DNA of 64,000 nt from Felis catus (lineage: Eukaryota), in NCBI RefSeq assembly GCF_018350175.1, contig NC_058383.1, positions 17,238,001 to 17,302,000 of the forward strand, read 5' to 3'. Both the position numbers and the translations under genes were made by a program. The stretch's first letter is position 1, and every line of letters begins with the position of its first letter. Shown here in pieces: positions 49,601 through 64,000 of the stretch. A model generated the notes under the pieces. The model was not told the origin of the DNA. It ran no database searches and saw only the letters and a program-made list of their open reading frames with translations.

Positions 49601-52600
49601 TCAAACCCCTGCTCCACTTCATATCAAGTTATGAGACTTTAGGCCAGTTTGTGCCTCAGCATCCCCATCTCTCAAATAGGGATATAGGAATGGAACAGTA
49701 ACTGGCCCACAGCTAGCACAAATTAGCATTAGCAAGTATCTCCACTGGAGTGTTTTGGTTCCTGGAGTGGCTCAGTCGGTTAAGCATCCGACTTCAGCTC
49801 TGTGCTTCAGATTCTGGGTCTCCCTCTCCGCCCCTCCCTCGATCATGCTCTCCCAAAAATAAAACATTTTTAAAAATTAAAAAAGGATGTTTTTGTTCCT
49901 AACCTACCCAATGACTTAACATAAATAGCACCGGAAACAATCAACTTTTGCTTTAATCTCCAAGCATCCCAAGACTGAAAAAAGACCAGAGACGCCTAGC
50001 TGGCTCAGTTGGCAGAACACGTGAATCTCGAGCTCAGGACTTTTAAGTTCAAACCCCACACTGGGTGTAGATTATGTAAAAGAAAGATCTTAGGGGCACC
50101 TGGGTGGCTCAATCGGTTAAGGGTCTGACTTTAGCTCAGGTCATGATCTCATGGTCCGTGGGTTCAAGCCCCATGTCGGGCTCTGTTCTGACAGCTCAGA
50201 GCCTGGAGCCAGCTTGATTCTGGGTATCCCTATCACGTGTACTTTCAAAAATAAAAACAATAAAAACATTAAAAAAAAAAAAAAGCTTAAAGGAAAACAA
50301 CACAGGATTACTGACACCCTTGCAGATCTGAATATACCCCTACCTAGTACCATGACTGTTATGCTATCCCCAGGATAGTTGTTTTAAAATAAGAACAGGG
50401 GCGCCTGGGTGGCTCAGTCAGTTAAGCATCCAACTTCGGTTCCGGTCATGATCTCACACCCCACTTATGGCTCCACACTTTCTCCCTCTCCCTCTGCCCC
50501 TCATAGGATTCTCCTTCTGCCCCTTGCTCACTCATGCTCTCAAAACTAAATAGCTAAAAAGTATAAAATTTTTCAAAATAAAATAAAAATTGTAATAAAA
50601 TTCTGTAAGCTGGACTCAACCTTCTATGAATGACATTTAGCTTAGTTCCTAGCTAACACCATTTATGTAGAATGTTTTACAATGTCAAGTTCCTCTTCAC
50701 AGGTGGAAAGTGCAGTGAACTAGCATAAAAGGAATCTCTGCAAGTTTTTATAGGGCATAGATCTGAGTGTGCAGTTGAACCAGCAACATCAACATTGCCA
50801 GAGAATTCATGCCCCACTTGGACCTACACAATCAGACTCCACATGCAAACAAAATTCCCAAATGATTCAATGGGTTCAACTTAAGACACTGGTGTAGAGG
50901 AACTGGCTCCACCATCTCAGTCTGAGGTTTGCAGAGGCCTCCCCTGGATGTGCTTTTTCACTCGGAGACAGTAAACAGGGTAGGCCAGTTTTCTCTCAAA
51001 CTCTGGAAAAAAAATAGTTATAAAAGCCCTGTCAGTCTAGATCTAACAGACAAGTCCCCACTCCCTACAGGGCCTGCAGGACACTGATGAAAAGCTACAG
51101 GGAATGCGTACAACGGTGTAACACTGCCACCCTGAGGTGTGTGCGCAGGACGCTACCTGGAAGGCTTGGCTCCTGCTCCCCTCAGTGTTTATTCTTCCCA
51201 TACCCATCCCACTCACCCTCCTTGGGGGGGTTCTCTACTTAGCCATCTAATTTGGTTCCCACTACAGCACAGGAAATCCCAAATCCTTAATCCAGCAGTC
51301 CCAGCTCCACTCTTGTCTGCACTCCTCACACTAGTGGCCCAATTATTCTGTTAAAGGAACCCTTCTCTCTGGCACTACAGCCCCAAGATTTAGGACTAAA
51401 GCCATTGTCCAAAGAGCTGAGAGAGCACTATCCATCAGCAAGGTGCCTGATTTCCAGACCCAAACTCCTGCTCATGAGGCAAATACTTTCCTCACTTATT
51501 CCTGCCTCAATACCAGGATTTTAAAAAAATGTATTTTTAAATGTTTATTCATTTTTCAGAGAGACAGAAAGCGAGTGGGTTAGGGGCAGAGAAAGAGAGG
51601 GAGACACAGAATCCAAAGCAGGCTCCAGGCTCCGAGCTGCCAGCACAGAGCCCAACGCGGGGCTCGAATTTACAAGCTATAAAATTATAATCTGAACCGA
51701 AGTCAGACGCTCAACCAACTGAGCCACCTAGGCGCCCCAACACCAGGATTTTAGATTGAACAGCATCCACAAGCTTTTCTAACTACTAACACCATGGGAT
51801 TACGGGCCCAATAATTTCAACAAGCCAAGCCCTAAATTCAAATGTGCTGGCAAGATCCGCTTGACATTACTTCTTCAGCTCTTATGTGTCAGTACCATAA
51901 AGATTGTTATCTCATGGAAAGGTAAAACAGACGATTTTAATAAACTTAATAAGTAATTCTAAGTCTAAAAGTATTTCAAAATAAGGGGCGCCTGGGTGGT
52001 TCAGTTGGTTAAGCGTCCAACTTCGGTTCAGGTAATCATCTCACAGTTTATGAGTTCAAGCCTCACGTCAGGCTGTGCTGACAGCTTGGAGCCTGGAGCC
52101 TGCTTCAGATTCTGTGTCTCCCTCTCTCTGCCCGTCCCCCCTCTCAAAAATAAACATTTTTTTAAAATTTTAAGTATTTCAAAATAAAAACTAAAGATGA
52201 GCGGGGGCACCTGGCTGGCTCAGTTAAACGTCTGACTCTTGATTTCAGTTGTCATGATCTCCACATTCATGAGATGGAGCCCTGCATCAGGCTCTGCAGA
52301 CAGCAGATTCTCTCTTCCCCTCTCTCAAAATAAACATTAAAAAAAATTTTTTTAATAATAAAGATGAAAGGAAAAAGGCTAAGTACTGAGGGCTCCAAGG
52401 TAGGAAACAATTTGAGTTCTGGAAAACTGGGGCAGGAATGGTTGCACACACTTGTGAGCCCACAGCTCACACTTGAGTCTAGCCTCCCTTGCAGACTAGT
52501 GTGGAAGTGAGATCTGGTGACAAAACCCATGATGGATGATCAAGGGACAACAGAATGGAGTGGGCTGGGAAGAAACATGCATAAAGATGTAATGTGTTGT

Positions 52601-52930
52601 CTCATAGGGTTGCACCCTAGACCTTAATTCCCGGTCTACCTACCCATCGATGACTTCACCCCATGCCAAAGGTACTCAAACCTGGACAGATGCAGCATAT
52701 GATGGCAAAAAATACCTCAGAAGACTAACACAGAACTAAATCAAAAGGCAGCAAACAAATCTGCAGCACACCTTTCCCCACTCACCACCTACCCTTCTCC
52801 CTTCCTTCGTAGTTAGCCTGCCCCAATCTCAATCGAAAAACTGCCAGACACCTGCTTCCAGATTGTTTTCAATACTTCAGTATGTATTCTTTAGGAGAAA
52901 AAAAAAGGACTAGTCTAAAATCCTCTCCAT

Positions 52931-53153
52931 GGGGCGCCTGGGTGGCTCAGTCGGTTGGGCATCCGACTTCAGCTCAGGTCACGATCTCGCGGTCCGCGAG
53001 TTCGAGCCCTGCGTCGGGCTCTGGGCTGATGGCTCAGAGCCTGGAGCCTGTTTCCGATTCTGTGTCTCCCTCTCTCTCTGCCCCTCCCCCGTTCATGCTG
53101 TGTCTCTCTGTCTCAAAATAAATAAACATTAAAAAAAAATTAAAAAAAAAAAA
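52931..53153 (+). mobile_element. Young Can-SINE
   Basis: CpG-rich head, CT tract and A tail; TSD-like AAAATCCTC. Dozens of further Can-SINEs in the window are not listed individually. Confidence 0.9.
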
Positions 53154-55891
53154 ATCCTCACCAAACATGACTTAGCTATTCCTGGCCATACTTTTACAAG
53201 GGAATGCAGCAAAGAACAGAAGGTCCAAATTCCAAAACCCCATGGGTCTCATCTTCTCACCAATGCACTTGCAATCAGAACAAGCTGCTCAGGGGGCAGC
53301 TGGGTGGCTCAGTCAGTTTAGCACCAGACCCTTGATTTCAGCTCAGGTCATGATCTCAGGGTTTGTGGCTCTGAGCCCCACAGGACACTGCAGAGCCTGC
53401 TTGGAGTCCTCTCTCCTCTCTCTGCCCTTGCCCCTACCCCCACATACTTTCTCTCAAAATAAGCTGAAAAAAAGAACAAGATGTTCAGAACCAACATTCT
53501 CTCTGCTATTTCCATCTTCATCCATTGTCCTGGGAAAGCCTCCAAACTGGATCTACCTACTAACCAGACATCTGAGACACCTGGGACCCTATTTCCTTTA
53601 AGAGCAATGCCAATCGCTAAAGCCCTTTAAAGGATAGAAGACCTGGGTGGCTCTGTCGGTTTAAGCTTCCGACTTCGACTCAGGTCCTGATCTCACAGTT
53701 CATAAGCTCCAGCCCCACATCGGATCCCGTCTCCCTCTTTCTGCCCCTCTCCGACCTCTCTCACAAAAACAAATGAAATGAAACTTTAATGTTTATTTTT
53801 GAGAGAGCGTGAACATGGAAGGGGCAAAGAGAGAGGGAGACACAGAATCCGAAGCAGGATCTAGGCTCTGAGCTGTCAGCACAGAGCCCGATGCAGGGCT
53901 CAAACTCACGAACCATGAGATCATGACGTGAGCTTTAGTCAGAAGTTTAACCAACTGAGCCACCCAGGTGCCCCATGTAGCATTTTTAAAAAATACTAAT
54001 AAAGGATATAAGATAGTAATACTACCAGACCCAGTCAGTAATCAAGTTCACAAAAAACTCCAACCTCCTTCACCCCTTGCAGCAGGATCAAGGAACCACA
54101 ACTGAACCCTAACACCAGAACCCTAGTAGTTGAAGCAGAAACAAACTTTTTAGAAACATGAATCAGTCTTTTTTTTTCTTCCTTTGGAATAAGACTATTC
54201 AAATCAATCACTTAAGCAGATTCAAAAAACAGATCAAAGAAATAGTTAAGGCAGCCCAATCACACCAAAGAGAACTACCACATTCTTGGCTCTAAATGAA
54301 GGCTTCTCACATGTACCAAGTTCCACAGTCAAGCCAAAGGATTGCCTGGGAGAACCTCAGCCAATCTCAACCTACTCTTGGTTACTGAGCACCCCCCACT
54401 CAGTAGGGAGAGTAAAGCAATTATTTATTACTTCCAAGGCCACCACTTCCCTGTCCTGGAAATTTGGTGAAGCAACCTTCTATAGAGAAGGCCTTGAGCA
54501 CACTCGACAACTCTCAACAAAGAGGAAAACACTTCCAAACTAAGAGTCCCTGGAACTCCACAAGCTGTGTTTCTGACAGCAATATACCTTTTTCTACTGG
54601 CTGTGATTTTCTGTCCTATATTAACTGAAATTCATACTCACCAACTCATTGGCAGGTACAGGCAAGTTTTCTAAACTCCCATTTGAGAGTTGAAAAAAAT
54701 GGAGAGGCACCTGGGTGGTGCAAGTTAAGTGTACCACTTCGGCTCAGGTCACAATCTAGCGGTTGGTGAGTTCGAGCCCCGTGTCAGGTTCTGGGCTGAA
54801 AGCTCAGAGCCTGGAGCCTGCTTCAGATTCTGTCTCTGTCTCTCTCTCTCTGCCCCTCCCCCCACTCACACTCTGTCTCTCTCAAAAATAAACATTAAAA
54901 AGTTTTTCAAAAAAAAACAGAAAACAAAGGGTTTGAGGGGTCAGGAATGCATACGGTAAAGTTGAGAACTGTCTAAGGTTTCAACTCATTGCCCCTACTC
55001 CTTTCCTATCTCCAACACACCCCCTGGAAAAGGGAGAGCTTTCCACCACCAATTCCACCAGTCATTAAGGTTCAAGCCTAAAATCTCAAAATACCCAAGA
55101 CCTTAGCCCTCTAAGTGCAGGCAGGATACAAAAGTGACACCCTGTCTCCTATCTACCCAAGCCCCACCTTCAGGAAAACTAGGGTGGGGGAGGCCCCACT
55201 CACCTTGAAAATATAATAAGGAGCTACTTCTACCTTCCTTTCCCAGCTAACCTTCCCTCTTACCATCAACTTGTTCCCTTCCCTCTTCCCTCAAATTTAG
55301 CATCCTCCGAAAACCTAAGCAAACAAAAAAGCTTTAGTTTATCCCCTTGAGAACAATGATTTCAGAATGAAAATGCTAAGAAATGAAAATGAAGCTCCAA
55401 GAACTAGGCCTCAATCTTGGCTCTACCATGTTCTGATTCTGAGAGCCACATAACCCCATGAACGTCATCATCTGCCTATAGAGTGAGTGAGGTCACAGAA
55501 GCTCTGACATAAGCAGGTACACACTCCTTCCTACAAAAGACCCAATTTGGCTGGCTATGTGCTCTCCTTCATGGTTACTTTGAATACTGCCCCCAAAACC
55601 AATCTAATTTGTTTGAGCCCACCTTAGAAAAGTGTCAACAGAGCCAAAAGTCCTTAAAAAGGGTAAAACGGATAGACTAGTAAACCAAGACCAACACATA
55701 AATAAATGTGGTATAAGGTGGTAAAACAAAAACCCCCACATAGTGGGACATATTTTGGGGCCACAGTCATGACATCACAAGTTTCACTTATCCCATTTAT
55801 ACATCCAACTTTTGCCATGACAGAAAAGTTTGAATCTCTACTTTCAAGGATGCCACTTAACTTTTTCTCCCCTGGACTAAGTATCACACAC

Positions 55892-55897
55892 TTTATT
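55892..55897 (-). terminator. FUS second poly(A) signal AATAAA (candidate)
   Basis: Canonical hexamer ~300 nt after the stop codon. Confidence 0.55.
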
Positions 55898-56051
55898 CCA
55901 GTTCCTGCTAAACAGGAACAGATTATTCCAGTTCCTGCTAAGCAGGATGATCTGAAAGAGAAAAACTCCCCACATTCTTGACCCAGGCAGGTATCAATCC
56001 TCCAGCAGAGTGAAGAGGAGGAAGGAAAAAATTTTAACTAAAATGATGGTT

Positions 56052-56057
56052 TTTAAT
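56052..56057 (-). terminator. FUS proximal poly(A) signal ATTAAA
   Basis: About 140 nt after the stop codon and followed by a U-rich tract on the minus strand. Confidence 0.7.
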
Positions 56058-56194
56058 GGGAACCAGAGGTATGGTTACAATTACATAGTCCGACACAAAA
56101 AACCCATGAGTGATCAGGAGTTGGAAGGTTACAAAATAATGAGGGTAACACTGGGTACAAGAAGAAAAGCTGTTGCAGAACCTCAGGAGCCACG

Positions 56195-63843
<7,649 letters not shown>

Positions 63844-64000
63844 TCACAAATACTATGAGAAAAAGAACAGGTAATAGGCTGAAGAATCATTATGTACCAC
63901 TTAATGCTACCCATACTTGAAAAGTCAGCCTCTTAGAAGCTGCTTGCAAATCTTTTAAATCAAAGATGCCTTCCCCTTCTACCCTAAGGCTTATAACTCT

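Noticed and set aside
501..54959. Many 60-140 aa ORFs containing AQVMIS..., [14 protein letters not shown]... or RERERE
   Set aside because: Recurrent translations of Can-SINE sequence, not genes.

Overview
Mammalian genomic DNA from a carnivore, most likely a felid, judged from abundant tRNA-derived Can-SINEs (SINEC_Fc-like) and carnivore L1 3' ends. The window covers the FUS-PYCARD-TRIM72 locus. It contains the 3' part of FUS (minus strand, exons 4-15), a complete PYCARD/ASC gene (plus, 3 exons, 195 aa) and a complete TRIM72/MG53 gene (minus, 6 coding exons, 477 aa). A frameshifted PYDC1/POP1-like pyrin-only remnant is nested antisense in TRIM72 intron 2. The left ~26 kb has no recognisable genes and is dense in SINEs, L1 fragments, MaLR/ERVL LTRs and DNA transposons. 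Most notable observations: the degenerate PYDC1 copy, an L1 carrying a 3' transduction inside 12-bp TSDs, a 3'-truncated U6 retrocopy inserted into an L1 3' UTR, an L1 with an internal inverted copy of its own sequence, and an open altFUS overlapping frame. No prokaryotic-type systems are present. Exon boundaries were read by hand from GT/AG sites and frame continuity; comparisons to human proteins and repeat family names are from memory, not database searches.
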